From Bacillales bacterium (GTDB lineage: Bacteria; Bacillota_I; Bacilli_A; RF39; UBA660), in contig JAEEKI010000012.1 of the NCBI GenBank assembly GCA_016282375.1, positions 6,254-70,253 on the forward strand: a DNA stretch of 64,000 nucleotides. Direction: 5' to 3'. Shown here piece by piece: positions 9,051 through 19,945 of the stretch. Position 1 is the first letter of the stretch; the number at the start of each line of letters is the position of its first letter. The notes beneath the pieces are model-generated. The model saw only the letters and a list, made by a program, of their open reading frames with translations, did no database searches and was not told where the DNA came from. A program made the position numbers and the translations under genes.

Positions 9051-11216
9051 TTATTCTTCAGGAGTTTCTTTTTTCTCTTCTGGTTTTACAGGTTTAGGAA
9101 GTGCTTCTTTACGAGATAAGTTTAATCTTCCACGATTATCATAACCTTGAGACTTAACAATCATCTCATCACCTACTCTAAACATATCGCTTGGTTTTTC
9201 GACTCTCTTATAATCAAGTTGAGAAACATGAACTAATCCTTCACAACCAGGCCATAGTTCTACAAAACAACCAAAATCTTCAACTTTTGTTACTTTACCA
9301 GTATATACTTTACCTACTTCAACTTCTTTGATAACATCCTCAATCATGGCCCTAGTCTTATCAATTATTTCTTGACTAGTATGATAAATAACTACTCGAC
9401 CATCATCTTCAAGATCAACTTTAACAGCATCTTTATCATTAACACTCTTAACGCCGGAAGCCTCAAGAATGATTTTAGTAATCATATCTCCGCCTTTACC
9501 AATAACATCTTTAATCTTATCTGGATCAATTGTAAAGGTAACAACTTTTGGAGCATACTTAGAAAGTTCTTTTCTTGGCTCAGCGATTCTTGCTTCCATA
9601 ACATCTAGAATTTTCATTCTGGCTTTTCTAGCTTCTTCAAGAGCTTCTTTTAAGATTGCTTTCGTAACACCTTTAATCTTAATATCCATTTGTAAAGCGG
9701 TAATACCTTCGCGCGTACCTGCAACTTTAAAGTCCATATCACCCATATGATCTTCAAGACCTTGAATATCCGTTAAAATAGTATATTTTTTACCATTTGA
9801 GATTAAGCCCATCGCTATACCAGCAACGGGAGCCTTAATTGGTACACCAGCAGCCATTAATGATAAACAACCACTACAAATCGTAGCTTGTGAAGATGAA
9901 CCATTACTCTCTAATACTTCAGATACCACTCTAATCGTATATGGGAACTCCTCTTCTGAAGGAATAACTTGTAATAAAGCTCTTTCTCCTAAAGCACCAT
10001 GACCAATTTCTCTTCTGCCTGGTGATCCATAACGACCTATTTCACCAACAGAAAATGCTGGGAAATTATAATGTAACATAAACCTTTTTTCATCCTCAAT
10101 TCCTAAACCATCAAGAATTTGATGATCAGAAAGTGGGCCTAAAGTTGTTGTCGCAAGAACTTGTGTTTCGCCTCTTGAGAATAAACCTGAACCATGAGTT
10201 CTAGGTAATAAATCAACATCAGCAAAAAGTGGTCTAATTTCATCCATTTTTCTGCCATCAGGACGAATATGTTTTTCAATAATTAATCTTCTTACTTCAC
10301 TACCTTCGATTAAGTTAACCGTTTTTTCAACATCACGCATCTTCTTATCAAAATCTTCAGCGCCTTCATAAATTGCGGTAAAATGCTCAATTGTGGTCTT
10401 TTTAACTTCATCGATTTTAGCATATTTTTCTAATTTTTCTTTAATTTGAATTGCTTTAAGCATATCTTCAGTTGCGTATTCTCTAACTTCTTTATCTACT
10501 TCAGGATCAATTATAGCTGGTTCTAAGACAACCTTTTCTTTACCAATTTCTGCAATAATTCTTTCTTGGAATTCACATAATGTTTGAATATTTTCATGAG
10601 CAAACATTAATGCTTCAAGCATTTGCTTTTCTGATAATTCTTTACTTCCAGCCTCAACCATACAAATAGCATCTTTAGTTCCTGCTACGGTTAATGCAAG
10701 TGGACTTACTTCCGTTTGCGTGGCTGTTGGATTAATGATAAACTCACCATTTTCATCCATACCTACCATAACACCAGCAACCGGTCCATCAAATGGAATA
10801 TCAGAAATGCCTAAAGCAAGTGATGTGCCAAATAAAGCAGCCATTTCTGGTGAATTGTCTTGATCAACTGACAATACGGTATTTACAACTTGAATTTCAT
10901 TACGAAGATTCTCATCAAACATTGGTCTAATTGGTCTATCAATTAGTCTTGCAGCAAGTGTTGCTGAATCAGTTGGTCTTCCTTCTCTTTTAATAAATCC
11001 ACCAGGTATTTTACCTACAGAATATAACTTCTCTTGATAAAGTACTTGAAGTGGAAAAAAATCTTGAGACACAGGAGTCTTACCCATAACACAAACAGAT
11101 AATACAACCGTATCTCCATAACGCACCAATACACTACCATTTGTTTGTTTGGCAAGTTCGCCAGTTTCTACAACTAAATCTCTTCCTAAAAAATCTAATT
11201 TAAATTCTCTTTTCAT
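9051..11216 (-). CDS. pnp: Polynucleotide phosphorylase
   Basis: 721 aa. Two RNase PH domains, KH and S1 domains ([18 protein letters not shown]). Classic rpsO-pnp synteny. Confidence 0.97.
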   Translation of the reverse strand: MKREFKLDFLGRDLVVETGELAKQTNGSVLVRYGDTVVLSVCVMGKTPVSQDFFPLQVLYQEKLYSVGKIPGGFIKREGRPTDSATLAARLIDRPIRPMFDENLRNEIQVVNTVLSVDQDNSPEMAALFGTSLALGISDIPFDGPVAGVMVGMDENGEFIINPTATQTEVSPLALTVAGTKDAICMVEAGSKELSEKQMLEALMFAHENIQTLCEFQERIIAEIGKEKVVLEPAIIDPEVDKEVREYATEDMLKAIQIKEKLEKYAKIDEVKKTTIEHFTAIYEGAEDFDKKMRDVEKTVNLIEGSEVRRLIIEKHIRPDGRKMDEIRPLFADVDLLPRTHGSGLFSRGETQVLATTTLGPLSDHQILDGLGIEDEKRFMLHYNFPAFSVGEIGRYGSPGRREIGHGALGERALLQVIPSEEEFPYTIRVVSEVLESNGSSSQATICSGCLSLMAAGVPIKAPVAGIAMGLISNGKKYTILTDIQGLEDHMGDMDFKVAGTREGITALQMDIKIKGVTKAILKEALEEARKARMKILDVMEARIAEPRKELSKYAPKVVTFTIDPDKIKDVIGKGGDMITKIILEASGVKSVNDKDAVKVDLEDDGRVVIYHTSQEIIDKTRAMIEDVIKEVEVGKVYTGKVTKVEDFGCFVELWPGCEGLVHVSQLDYKRVEKPSDMFRVGDEMIVKSQGYDNRGRLNLSRKEALPKPVKPEEKKETPEE

Positions 11217-11237
11217 TACTACACCCTTTCCTATAAG

Positions 11238-11269
11238 TAAAAAAAGACACTAAAAATAATTTAGTGCCT
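11238..11269 (-). terminator. rpsO terminator/attenuator hairpin upstream of pnp
   Basis: Minus strand AGGCACTAAA-TTATT-TTTAGTGTCT plus TTTTTTT. It overlaps the rpsO stop. The position is classic for rpsO-pnp. Confidence 0.7.
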
Positions 11270-11537
11270 ATTTTCTTAAATTTAATTTTTTAATTACTTC
11301 ACGATAACTTTTTACATCGTTATTTTTTAGATAATCAAGTAATTTTTTTCTACGTCCAACTTTAATTAAAAGTCCACGATTTGAATGATAATCATGTTTA
11401 TGAACTCTTAGATGTTCAGTAAGTTCGTCAATTTCTTTTGTAAGAATAGCGATTTGAACTTCAGCAGAACCAACATCTTTTTCATTCTTCGCAAACTTCT
11501 TAATTAGTTCAGACTTTTCATCTTTTGATAAAGCCAT
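11268..11537 (-). CDS. rpsO: 30S ribosomal protein S15
   Basis: 89 aa: [11 protein letters not shown]...[30 protein letters not shown]. Confidence 0.97.
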   Translation of the reverse strand: MALSKDEKSELIKKFAKNEKDVGSAEVQIAILTKEIDELTEHLRVHKHDYHSNRGLLIKVGRRKKLLDYLKNNDVKSYREVIKKLNLRK

Positions 11538-11621
11538 TTTTTATCCTCCTATTCACATATCCGTTTAAACTGAGTAATGATGAGAAGGATTTCATCAAAA
11601 CTAAGTAAAAACTTCCTATTC

Positions 11622-11651
11622 ATTATATTAAATATAAATCAATATTGTCAA
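11622..11651 (-). promoter_or_regulatory. Candidate rpsO promoter
   Basis: Minus strand TTGACA (11646-11651), 18 nt, TATAAT (11622-11627). Confidence 0.5.
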
Positions 11652-11657
11652 GCATTT

Positions 11658-13889
11658 TTAAATTTCAAAATCGTTAATACAATATGCTGTCCCATTGTAA
11701 TTAACCGTAGCATATGATCCACTCCGATTAGTAAAAACAATACCAGTATTATAAATGCCATACCAACTATAATTATTAATATTACATTTAATAGTACCTG
11801 AACTAGTAGTACAATCGCTTAGACTTATATTAAAACCAGCGTTAATTAATGTTTGGTAAAGAGCTTGTTTAGCGCTTGTTTGTTGTGCAGATGTAAAATT
11901 GGAATTTAACGTATGTCCCGTTAAACCATATTGCGTATATGGTTGACTTAAACACAACTCATTGCCACTATCTTCATCCTTCATACATGCAAAGTATTCA
12001 CTATCATTTTGCCCTATGCAACTAGTAGTACTCATAGAAGAATATGTTGTATTTGCATGGCTTGGATATTCATAAATTTCATCAGAAAAAAAGTCAGCCC
12101 AATAGAAATCCGGTGTTTTTATTGTATAAGGATCATTCCAAGATCCAGCATGATTACCACTAATTAAAGTATCAGCTTTTAAATACACTACTGGACGTAT
12201 AGAATCTGAAGATGATACAGTAAGGTTCGATAAACCACCTGAAGAATCCACTGCAAGTACTACATTATTAATACTACTAGAAGTTAAGGTACGATACCCT
12301 CCACCAGAGGAACCTGGTGGATTAGAAGTTATACCAGTATACCATAAATAATCATTACCAACACAATCAGACTTATAGGCACCACTTCCCCATCCTGAAG
12401 ATGTCATGGCGGTACCTAAACAGGTGGTTCTAGAATAAGTACTGCCACCACTCGTAGCATAACCATAATCACTTGGATATATTAAACCGACTTTGCCATA
12501 CCAGTAAGCTGCTCGATTCTCAAGCATATTTGATGCAGTGTATAAAAATCCAGTTCCACCAATATTACGTTCTTTATTGTAAAAGGCTTGAGGATTTCCT
12601 TCAGCATCCGTTGACCATGAATTTACTCCATATAAATCCCATTTTGCTGTTACTATTTTTGAAAGAGCTGATAAAGATATTTTTTTAGGTACAGTACCAG
12701 CTGTTGCTGTATAACTGCTGGTAGTTGCAGTGCTTGGTTTATAAACGGTAGTACCATTTCCATCTAAATAACTATACGTATCATTATAAAAATTATGTCC
12801 ATTTCCATCTGCAACCACATTATTAGTTACTGTATAATTTGTATGTAATTGAGTTCCATATTTGTCATATGAAGTTTTTAAATAGTTAGACCCATTTAAC
12901 ATTAACATTAGCTGACTATCGCTCCAATCACCAGAACCACTAGAAGACAGTGATGTACCAACAGTACTTGATTTCTTATCATAAATAAAACTTCCCAAAG
13001 AATCGTTTCGAACTATTTTTACTAAGCTCCCTTTTGAAGTTGTAGCACATTCATCTTCACTACCATAGGTTCCTGTACAATATTCCATATCAGGCATCAC
13101 ACCAATTATACGCCATAATTCACCATTAAACGATATATAATTATTAGGGTTTTTACCAGCATAACGCAATTCGCCTTCGTGATCCTCTGTTAAAAACCAT
13201 TGACTACCTGATACTGCATCATACCCTGCCCTTGGAGCATCATATGCTAAATAATCAGCAATTGATTTGACGCTAGATGATGAACTACAATGAGCATTTG
13301 CTACCATAATAAATCCCCGATAATTCTTATCAGAATGAGATGTTTGACTAACATCGGTTAAATTATAAAATTTTGTAGTTAAAGTATCTTGTCTAGTTTC
13401 GGTGGAATTTGCACTAGCTTGGATGCTTGCTTTTCCAAGTACTCTTTTTCCATCCACATAATTAGGTACTTGCATTTCACTAATTGCTCCCGATACAGTT
13501 AATTCCTTCGAAGCATCAGTAGAAATTACATATTGATTTGGAGACGTTGTATCCCAAACCCAAACATAATCATATGTACAATAGGCATCCGTACCTGAAG
13601 TATTTTGAAAACTGATATCAAACATAACATCATAGCTATCAGCAACAGAATCATTTGACCCTTGAACCATATTTGCAGCCGTAATATTAAGAGTAACACC
13701 ATTAACTGACGCACTATTTATTGCGGCAGTGAAATTATAATTGCCACTATTAAAAGTTGTATTATAGGATATATTACCATTCGTAGTATTTACTCCGCCT
13801 GTAAAAAAGGCATAAGATATTCCCATTATGACACAAGCCGCTATAGCAATACCAATAATAAATAATATCACTATCCTTTTTTTATTCAT
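11658..13889 (-). CDS. Paralog-family secreted protein, full N+M+C module architecture
   Basis: 743 aa. N-terminus MNKKRIVILFIIGIAIAACVIMGISYAFFTGG. KFYNL...NYRGFIMVANAHC. GELWRIIGVMPD. YWYGKVGLIYPSDYGYA. IRPVVYLKAD. GSWNDPYTIK. Then the Cys-rich C module (CLSQPYTQYGLTGHT...). Confidence 0.8.
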   Translation of the reverse strand: MNKKRIVILFIIGIAIAACVIMGISYAFFTGGVNTTNGNISYNTTFNSGNYNFTAAINSASVNGVTLNITAANMVQGSNDSVADSYDVMFDISFQNTSGTDAYCTYDYVWVWDTTSPNQYVISTDASKELTVSGAISEMQVPNYVDGKRVLGKASIQASANSTETRQDTLTTKFYNLTDVSQTSHSDKNYRGFIMVANAHCSSSSSVKSIADYLAYDAPRAGYDAVSGSQWFLTEDHEGELRYAGKNPNNYISFNGELWRIIGVMPDMEYCTGTYGSEDECATTSKGSLVKIVRNDSLGSFIYDKKSSTVGTSLSSSGSGDWSDSQLMLMLNGSNYLKTSYDKYGTQLHTNYTVTNNVVADGNGHNFYNDTYSYLDGNGTTVYKPSTATTSSYTATAGTVPKKISLSALSKIVTAKWDLYGVNSWSTDAEGNPQAFYNKERNIGGTGFLYTASNMLENRAAYWYGKVGLIYPSDYGYATSGGSTYSRTTCLGTAMTSSGWGSGAYKSDCVGNDYLWYTGITSNPPGSSGGGYRTLTSSSINNVVLAVDSSGGLSNLTVSSSDSIRPVVYLKADTLISGNHAGSWNDPYTIKTPDFYWADFFSDEIYEYPSHANTTYSSMSTTSCIGQNDSEYFACMKDEDSGNELCLSQPYTQYGLTGHTLNSNFTSAQQTSAKQALYQTLINAGFNISLSDCTTSSGTIKCNINNYSWYGIYNTGIVFTNRSGSYATVNYNGTAYCINDFEI

Positions 13890-13977
13890 TTTTATTCATC
13901 TCCATACGTATTATATTTCAATTTATATTATATCCTAAAAGATGAACATTAGCAATAAATATAATCAAAATAAAAAA

Positions 13978-14535
13978 CTAGTATCCTAGTTTTTTATAAT
14001 AATCATATAATTCTTTAAAACGATTAAAGTGAACAACTTCCCGTTGACGCAAAAATAGCAAAGGACCAATAATATCTTCATCATCAGTTATATTTATTAA
14101 TGCTTCATAAGTAGCTCTAGCCTTTTGTTCAGCTGCCATATCTTCAGATAAATTGGCTATCACATCACCTGTTACCGCAAAATATGCTGATGTAAAGGGA
14201 TTGCCAACACTATCTTGTGGAAATAATCCTACCCCATGCTCTGTATAATAGCAACCAAGTCCAGCTGATTCTAATTCTTCAAGGGAAGCATCTTTGGTTA
14301 ACTCATGAATCATCGTACAAATCATTTCTACGTGAGCTAGTTCTTCGGTAGCAATATCATTTAACAAAGCTTTTCCCATATCATCGGGCATAGTGAATTT
14401 TTGAGAAAAATAACGGAATGATGCAGCCAATTCTCCATTAGCTCCACCAAATTGTTCTATTAAATATTTTGCCATTTTTAAATTTTTTTTATGGATACAA
14501 ATTGGAAATTCTAACTTTTTATCATATTTATACAT
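13978..14535 (-). CDS. cotJC: Spore coat protein CotJC (manganese-catalase-like ferritin fold)
   Basis: MYKYDKKLEFP...AKYLIEQFGGANGELAASFRYFSQ...EELAHVEMI...AAEQKARATYE...LRQREVVH closely parallels Bacillus CotJC. Start set at ATG 14535 after GGGGGA. Confidence 0.85.
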   Translation of the reverse strand: MYKYDKKLEFPICIHKKNLKMAKYLIEQFGGANGELAASFRYFSQKFTMPDDMGKALLNDIATEELAHVEMICTMIHELTKDASLEELESAGLGCYYTEHGVGLFPQDSVGNPFTSAYFAVTGDVIANLSEDMAAEQKARATYEALINITDDEDIIGPLLFLRQREVVHFNRFKELYDYYKKLGY

Positions 14536-14974
14536 ACATTCCCCCATCACTTTCCCAAGGCCATGGTGAACTTAACCATTGATATGAATTATATTGTCCT
14601 TCCGTATTACAAAGTGGACCATAAACGCTTTCATATTCTTTCTTTAAACTATTTAGTTTTTCTTTTTCTGTGTTATATTTTTCAAATATGACATGATCAT
14701 CTGGATGAATGTCTAAATACAAAACATAATCAATCACTGCAAAAGATGATTCCATAATCTTTGATAGTTTTTGTTCCTTTTCATTTTTAATCTTAGGCAT
14801 AACATACTTCATATTTTTATAAGGAATAAATTCGTTATCAAACATATTTCCTCTTAAAAACTTTTCTGATAAATAACTTTGATTATTATTTTGATAATTA
14901 TAAGCATATTGATAATTATTAAGTCCAAACAAATCATTTAAATCATTAAAGTTATTAATATTTTCAAAATACAT
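14528..14974 (-). CDS. cotJB: Spore coat protein CotJB with an N-terminal extension that may be CotJA-like
   Basis: C-terminal half FAVIDYVLYLDIHPDDHV...YESVYGPL...YQWLSSPWPWE matches the CotJB pattern. It overlaps the cotJC start. Confidence 0.75.
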   Translation of the reverse strand: MYFENINNFNDLNDLFGLNNYQYAYNYQNNNQSYLSEKFLRGNMFDNEFIPYKNMKYVMPKIKNEKEQKLSKIMESSFAVIDYVLYLDIHPDDHVIFEKYNTEKEKLNSLKKEYESVYGPLCNTEGQYNSYQWLSSPWPWESDGGMYV

Positions 14975-15052
14975 ACTATATCCTCCTAAAATATAGTATG
15001 TTATACCTAATTATTGTTCTGGATGTATGCCCATAAAAAAATTAGGCCAAGC

Positions 15053-15616
15053 CTAATTTATATTAAGTATTTGATTAATTTTCTTGTATGCCTCATCAAA
15101 ATCATCCATTGCTACTTCAAAAGTTTTAACATTACGGCACTCTTTTAATTCTTTAACAATGTTTTTATATTCATTTTGTTGTCTTACGCTATTTTCTTTA
15201 CTAAATGATTGATAATTATGATGGGAATCACGAGCTAATCTTTTAATAAATAAATCTGTGTCTTTTAAATATAAAGATATATAATAAATATCAAAATTAA
15301 GTTCATTAAACTTTTCTAATAATCTTTGATATACATCCGTAAAGCGATATTCTTTGAAACCTAACCTTGCATAAACTTCTTCGGTAAAAAATGTACGATC
15401 AAATATTAAGTCCATGGGAATATCTTCCATATTTTTAAGATATTTCAAAAGGGTATTATACATTTTTCTACTAATCTTTTTTCCTTCAGAAGTTTTGTCT
15501 TTTTGACCAGAAAGACGATACAAATTAGAACTAGCTATATTTTCTCTTAAATAATTAGCAAGCGTTGTCTTACCGGTTCCTTGAGGACCTTCGATAACAA
15601 TCATTCTATTTCTCAT
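15053..15616 (-). CDS. P-loop nucleotide kinase, thymidylate-kinase-like
   Basis: IVIEGPQGTGKTT Walker A at the N-terminus, as in Tmk/dNK-fold kinases. Last gene of the folD-glyA-thyX operon. Confidence 0.55.
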   Translation of the reverse strand: MRNRMIVIEGPQGTGKTTLANYLRENIASSNLYRLSGQKDKTSEGKKISRKMYNTLLKYLKNMEDIPMDLIFDRTFFTEEVYARLGFKEYRFTDVYQRLLEKFNELNFDIYYISLYLKDTDLFIKRLARDSHHNYQSFSKENSVRQQNEYKNIVKELKECRNVKTFEVAMDDFDEAYKKINQILNIN

Positions 15617-15618
15617 AA

Positions 15619-16290
15619 TTAACCTCTTATCACAGATATTTTAGCCAATTTCTCTTTAGGGAAATCTTCATCATATGGAACACTATCAAAAATCTCTGGC
15701 ATTTTTTCCTTGAGTAAAAGTAAAAATGGTATCAAAAGTTGTCTAATTGCCGGATGAGCATGCTTAGAACAGCGAAGTGTTAAAACATGCTTCCATTCCC
15801 GTATATTGCAAGTCATCGTAACTTCCGCAGCGGTTGAATGAGGAAGCATCATTCGTAGTTCATCGGCTGCAGCATCTAGTTTAGCCATTTCCATATAACC
15901 ATCCTCAATATGTTGCATTGTTTTTTTCCAAATAGCATATTTTTCTTTATCATCACTATATAATGGTTCAATAAATTTGATACTATTCGTATATTTATCT
16001 TTGGAATAATTACAATATCTCGTGGATTCTATAGAAAATGAAGCACCCGCACGGTGTCTTGTTAAATCCTTATAGACACCAATATCGCAAGTAAGACGAA
16101 CAGTTATCTTTTCATGTTCTAAAACGGATTCATGGCCCCGTGTAATACAGTTAGTTAATAATTTTTTATAACTATCTTCAGTAATAGAGCCCTCTGAACG
16201 ATAACATGTCCGGCAAGCTCTTTCAATGTTCTTCATTATTTTTACACCATCGAATTTTTCATATTCGATTTTGGGTTTTACAACTTGCAT
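15619..16290 (-). CDS. thyX: FAD-dependent thymidylate synthase ThyX
   Basis: ThyX signature RHRxxSxxxxSxR, present as TRHRAGASFSIESTRY. 223 aa. Confidence 0.9.
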   Translation of the reverse strand: MQVVKPKIEYEKFDGVKIMKNIERACRTCYRSEGSITEDSYKKLLTNCITRGHESVLEHEKITVRLTCDIGVYKDLTRHRAGASFSIESTRYCNYSKDKYTNSIKFIEPLYSDDKEKYAIWKKTMQHIEDGYMEMAKLDAAADELRMMLPHSTAAEVTMTCNIREWKHVLTLRCSKHAHPAIRQLLIPFLLLLKEKMPEIFDSVPYDEDFPKEKLAKISVIRG

Positions 16291-17529
16291 TTAAATCTCC
16301 TTATACCAAAGTGGATATTTACTAGTTAAATCTAGTACTTCTTTACGTAAATTATTTAATACTTCTTCATTATCTTTGTTTTTCAAAGCACTAGAAATAA
16401 TCTTACCAATCTTGATAAAATCTTTTTCCTTTAAACCTCTAGTAGTCATCGCTGGAGATCCTAATCTTAAACCACTAGTAACCATTGGACTCTCCGTATC
16501 TCCAGGAATAGCATTCTTATTAGTAGTAATATGAATAGTATCTAGTAGGTTTTGAGCATCTTTTCCAGTTATATTACATGAAGATTTAACATCTACTAAA
16601 ATTAAGTGATTATCTGTTCCACCAGAAATAATCTTAAATCCCTCTTCTTTTAAACTTTCAGATAGAGCATTAATATTCTTAATAATTTGTTTACCATATT
16701 TCTTAAAATCAGGTTGTAATGCTTCATAAAAGCATTGAGCTTTGGCCGCAATAACATGTTCAAGTGGTCCACCTTGAATACCTGGAAAAATCATTTTATT
16801 AATCTTTTTAATTATTTCTTCATCATTAGTTAGGATAAGTCCACCACGTGGTCCTCTTAATGTTTTATGGGTAGTTGTTGTTACAACATGAGCATAAGGA
16901 ATTGGTGATGGATGAAGACCAACTGCTACTAAGCCAGCAATATGAGCCATATCTACCATCAAATAAGCTCCTACTTTATCTGCAATTTCTCTAAATCTTT
17001 TAAAATCAATAGTTCTTGAGTATGCTGAAGCTCCCGCAATAATCATCTTTGGTTTTTCTTTCAAAGCTAGTTTTTCAATTTCATCATAATTTAACATTTC
17101 TGTTTCTTTATCAATATCATATGAAACAATTTCATAGTCTTTACCACTAAAATTCATTTTATGGCCATGTGTAAGATGTCCACCATTATCTAAGTTCATA
17201 CCCATAACTTTATCGCCAATATTTAATAAAGCTTTATATACTGCCATATTAGCGGATGACCCTGAATGTGGTTGAACATTAGCATACTTACAATCAAATA
17301 ACTTACAGGCATATTCAATCGCTGCACTTTCAAAAACATCAATATTTTCGCAACCGCCATAATATCTTTTACCTGGATAACCCTCGGCGTATTTGTTGGT
17401 TAAAATACTTCCTTGTAAAGCCAGAACATCGTTGGAAACATAATTTTCTGATGCAATTAACTCAATGTTCTCTTCTTGTCTTTGCCTTTCTTTTTGCAAA
17501 GCACTTTTTAAAATACTATCCATTAACAC
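16291..17529 (-). CDS. glyA: Serine hydroxymethyltransferase
   Basis: 412 aa. PLP-lysine motif [32 protein letters not shown]. Confidence 0.97.
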   Translation of the reverse strand: MLMDSILKSALQKERQRQEENIELIASENYVSNDVLALQGSILTNKYAEGYPGKRYYGGCENIDVFESAAIEYACKLFDCKYANVQPHSGSSANMAVYKALLNIGDKVMGMNLDNGGHLTHGHKMNFSGKDYEIVSYDIDKETEMLNYDEIEKLALKEKPKMIIAGASAYSRTIDFKRFREIADKVGAYLMVDMAHIAGLVAVGLHPSPIPYAHVVTTTTHKTLRGPRGGLILTNDEEIIKKINKMIFPGIQGGPLEHVIAAKAQCFYEALQPDFKKYGKQIIKNINALSESLKEEGFKIISGGTDNHLILVDVKSSCNITGKDAQNLLDTIHITTNKNAIPGDTESPMVTSGLRLGSPAMTTRGLKEKDFIKIGKIISSALKNKDNEEVLNNLRKEVLDLTSKYPLWYKEI

Positions 17530-18349
17530 TACCTCCTTTATATGCTTCTAGGATATTTTCAATTATCATCGCAATTGTCATTGGTCCAACTCCCCCTGGA
17601 TTTGGCGTAATATAAGCACATTTATCTTTTAAATTGTCAAAATCAGCATCACCGATAATTTTGCCATCAATAACACTAATTCCCGCATCAACTACAATAG
17701 ATCCTGGACTAACCATATCAGCAGTTAGCATTTTGGCTTTTCCACATCCACAGACAATAACATCGCTATTTAACGTTATTTCTTTTAAATTCTTGGTTTT
17801 AGTATGGCATACTGTAACGGTAGCATTTTCTTTAAGCATTTCAAAAATTAATGGTTTTCCCACCAAATTACCTCGACCAATTAAGCAAACTTTTTTTCCT
17901 TCTAAAGGAATATTATAATACTTTAACAGTCTTATAATACCTTTAGCGGTACATGGATGAAGTCCAGCTAAATTATGACCCAAACTATAGAAACTATCTT
18001 TCGTAAAGCCATCAACGTCCTTTTTCGGACTAATATACTTAATACAATTATCCATATTTATGTTCTCAGGCACTGGACTTTGTAAAATAATACCCGTTAT
18101 GCTTGAATCATTGTTAAGCTCTTGAATTATGTCAATAACTTGCTCTTCACTGGCCTTTTCTAACCTAACAAGTTTTGTTTTTATTCCTACTTTTTCACAA
18201 GCTTTTATTTTATTTCTAACATATATTTCACTTTGAGGAAAATCCCCAATTAATAAAATAGCCAATGTTAAATCAAGTTTTTCATTGTCTATTTCTAACT
18301 TAATACCCTCTAATATCTTATCTCTTACTAATTTTCCATCAAGAATCAC
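17516..18349 (-). CDS. folD: Bifunctional methylene-THF dehydrogenase/methenyl-THF cyclohydrolase
   Basis: 277 aa. [32 protein letters not shown] and [13 protein letters not shown] motifs. Confidence 0.95.
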   Translation of the reverse strand: MILDGKLVRDKILEGIKLEIDNEKLDLTLAILLIGDFPQSEIYVRNKIKACEKVGIKTKLVRLEKASEEQVIDIIQELNNDSSITGIILQSPVPENINMDNCIKYISPKKDVDGFTKDSFYSLGHNLAGLHPCTAKGIIRLLKYYNIPLEGKKVCLIGRGNLVGKPLIFEMLKENATVTVCHTKTKNLKEITLNSDVIVCGCGKAKMLTADMVSPGSIVVDAGISVIDGKIIGDADFDNLKDKCAYITPNPGGVGPMTIAMIIENILEAYKGGSVNG

Positions 18350-18361
18350 TATATCACCTTC

Positions 18362-19360
18362 TTAAAATAATGAATGATTATATTCAATTTTCAAATGTTC
18401 ATATGATTTTGGAGTTGCAACTCGTCCACTTCTCGTTCTTTTAATAAAACCTTCTTGTAGTAAAAATGGTTCGACAACATCTTCGATTGTAGTTACTTCT
18501 TCACCTATCGATGTAGCAATAGTTTCTACACCAACTGGTCCCCCATTAAATTTGGTAATCAAACTCTTTAAATACTCTATATCGATATTATCTAAGCCAA
18601 AATCATCAACTTTTAGCCTTTTTAAAGCATCTTTCGTAATATCTTTATCAATATTGCCATCACCTAAAACTAAAGCAAAATCCCTTACTCTTTTAAAAAG
18701 TCTGTTAGCTATTCTTGGTGTTTTTCTACTTCTTTTGGCAAGTTCTAAAGCTGCATCATCATCTATTGGCATATCAAACACTTTACTGGTTCTTTTAATA
18801 ATCTTAGCCAATTCCGCATTTGAATAGTATTCAAGTTTATTAACGATGCCAAAACGATCTCTTAATGGTGCTGATAAATCACCGGCTCTAGTAGTCGCTC
18901 CTACTAAAGTAAAAGGTGGTAAATCAATCCTAATACTCTTACTTTTTCCCTCTTGGCCAATAACTATATCAAGTTCAAAATCTTCCATAGCGGGATACAG
19001 TATTTCTTCAATGAAGGAAGGTAATCGATGAATTTCATCAATAAATAAGACATCTCCTGGCTCTAAAGTTGATAAAACAGCCGCTAAATCACCAGGTTTT
19101 TCCATCGCAGGACCAGATGTGGTCTTAATATTTGTCCCCATTTCATTAGCAATAATATGAGCTAAAGTTGTTTTTCCAAGCCCTGGAGGGCCATATAAAA
19201 GCGTATGATCTAATACTTCTCCACGCATTTTGGCCGCTTTAATAAAAACATCGAGATTATCTGTAATTTCTTTTTGTCCAACATAATCGGCTAATGTCTG
19301 AGGTCTTAAGCTGACTTCAAAATCATCTTCCGCTGTTTCGGTTCCATCTACTATTCGCAT
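18362..19360 (-). CDS. ruvB: Holliday junction helicase RuvB
   Basis: 332 aa. [43 protein letters not shown]. Confidence 0.97.
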   Translation of the reverse strand: MRIVDGTETAEDDFEVSLRPQTLADYVGQKEITDNLDVFIKAAKMRGEVLDHTLLYGPPGLGKTTLAHIIANEMGTNIKTTSGPAMEKPGDLAAVLSTLEPGDVLFIDEIHRLPSFIEEILYPAMEDFELDIVIGQEGKSKSIRIDLPPFTLVGATTRAGDLSAPLRDRFGIVNKLEYYSNAELAKIIKRTSKVFDMPIDDDAALELAKRSRKTPRIANRLFKRVRDFALVLGDGNIDKDITKDALKRLKVDDFGLDNIDIEYLKSLITKFNGGPVGVETIATSIGEEVTTIEDVVEPFLLQEGFIKRTRSGRVATPKSYEHLKIEYNHSLF

Positions 19361-19387
19361 ATAATCTCCTTTCTAAGGTCATAAATA

Positions 19388-19945
19388 CTACTTTAATAAC
19401 AATTTTAAAGCTTCCTTTACTTGGCTTTCTACTGGAAGTGTAGTATCAATATCCTTTAATATCTTTTTAATCTCTAGTTGCTTATAGCCAAGACTTTCTA
19501 ATACAGCAACTAAATCATCGGTATTATTATCCTCAATACTTTCTGATACTTCAAGATTAATCTTCCCTTTTAAGTCTAAAATCATTTGTTTAGCTATTTT
19601 TTCACCTATTTTAGGATATTTAGTTAAATAAATGATATTTTCTCTATTAATAGCATCAATTATGCCATTAACACTACCTGTTGCAAAGAAAGTATTAGCC
19701 ATTTTAGGTCCTAAACCTTTAACATTAATAAGTTTTAAAAACAAATTTAGTTCTTCTTCATTCTTAAATCCATATAAAGAATTTTCATCTTCTCTAACAT
19801 TATTATATATATAGACCTTATAATCCCCGCCTATTTCATAACTATAAGGATTAGCTACATAAACTAAATAACCAATATCATTATTTTCAACAACAATGTA
19901 ATTTGCCCCTAATTCTGTTACTTTTCCCTTTATATATTTATACAT
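19388..19945 (-). CDS. ruvA: Holliday junction DNA-binding protein RuvA
   Basis: MYKYIKGKV... OB-fold N-terminus, HhH region LINVKGLGPKMA...KYPKIGEKIA. Start set at the internal ATG 19945. Confidence 0.9.
   Translation of the reverse strand: MYKYIKGKVTELGANYIVVENNDIGYLVYVANPYSYEIGGDYKVYIYNNVREDENSLYGFKNEEELNLFLKLINVKGLGPKMANTFFATGSVNGIIDAINRENIIYLTKYPKIGEKIAKQMILDLKGKINLEVSESIEDNNTDDLVAVLESLGYKQLEIKKILKDIDTTLPVESQVKEALKLLLK

Noticed and set aside
9372-9750. 78-aa and 93-aa plus-strand ORFs inside pnp
   Set aside because: They lie antisense to a highly conserved gene and have low-complexity Ile/Ser/Phe-rich translations. The same reasoning applies to 5530-5718 (in recD2), 17634-17918 (folD), 18552-19031 (ruvB), 19632-19814 (ruvA), 40508-42719 (essC), 45999-46181 (alaS), 56058-56255 (ligA) and 59537-60456 (pcrA).
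12473-13714. Alternative-frame or antisense ORFs inside paralog-family genes
   Set aside because: They are fully nested in longer ORFs that have coherent domain structure and paralog support. This also covers 47851-48269, 48880-49065, 50707-50907 and 54729-55046. The 48880/50707 pair is duplicated only because the host genes are duplicated.
15023-15052. Sigma-E-type sporulation promoter upstream of cotJB (CATACAT on the minus strand)
   Set aside because: A -10-like CATACA-T is present, but the expected -35 position falls inside the upstream terminator hairpin and does not resemble the sigma-E -35. The evidence is too weak to call.
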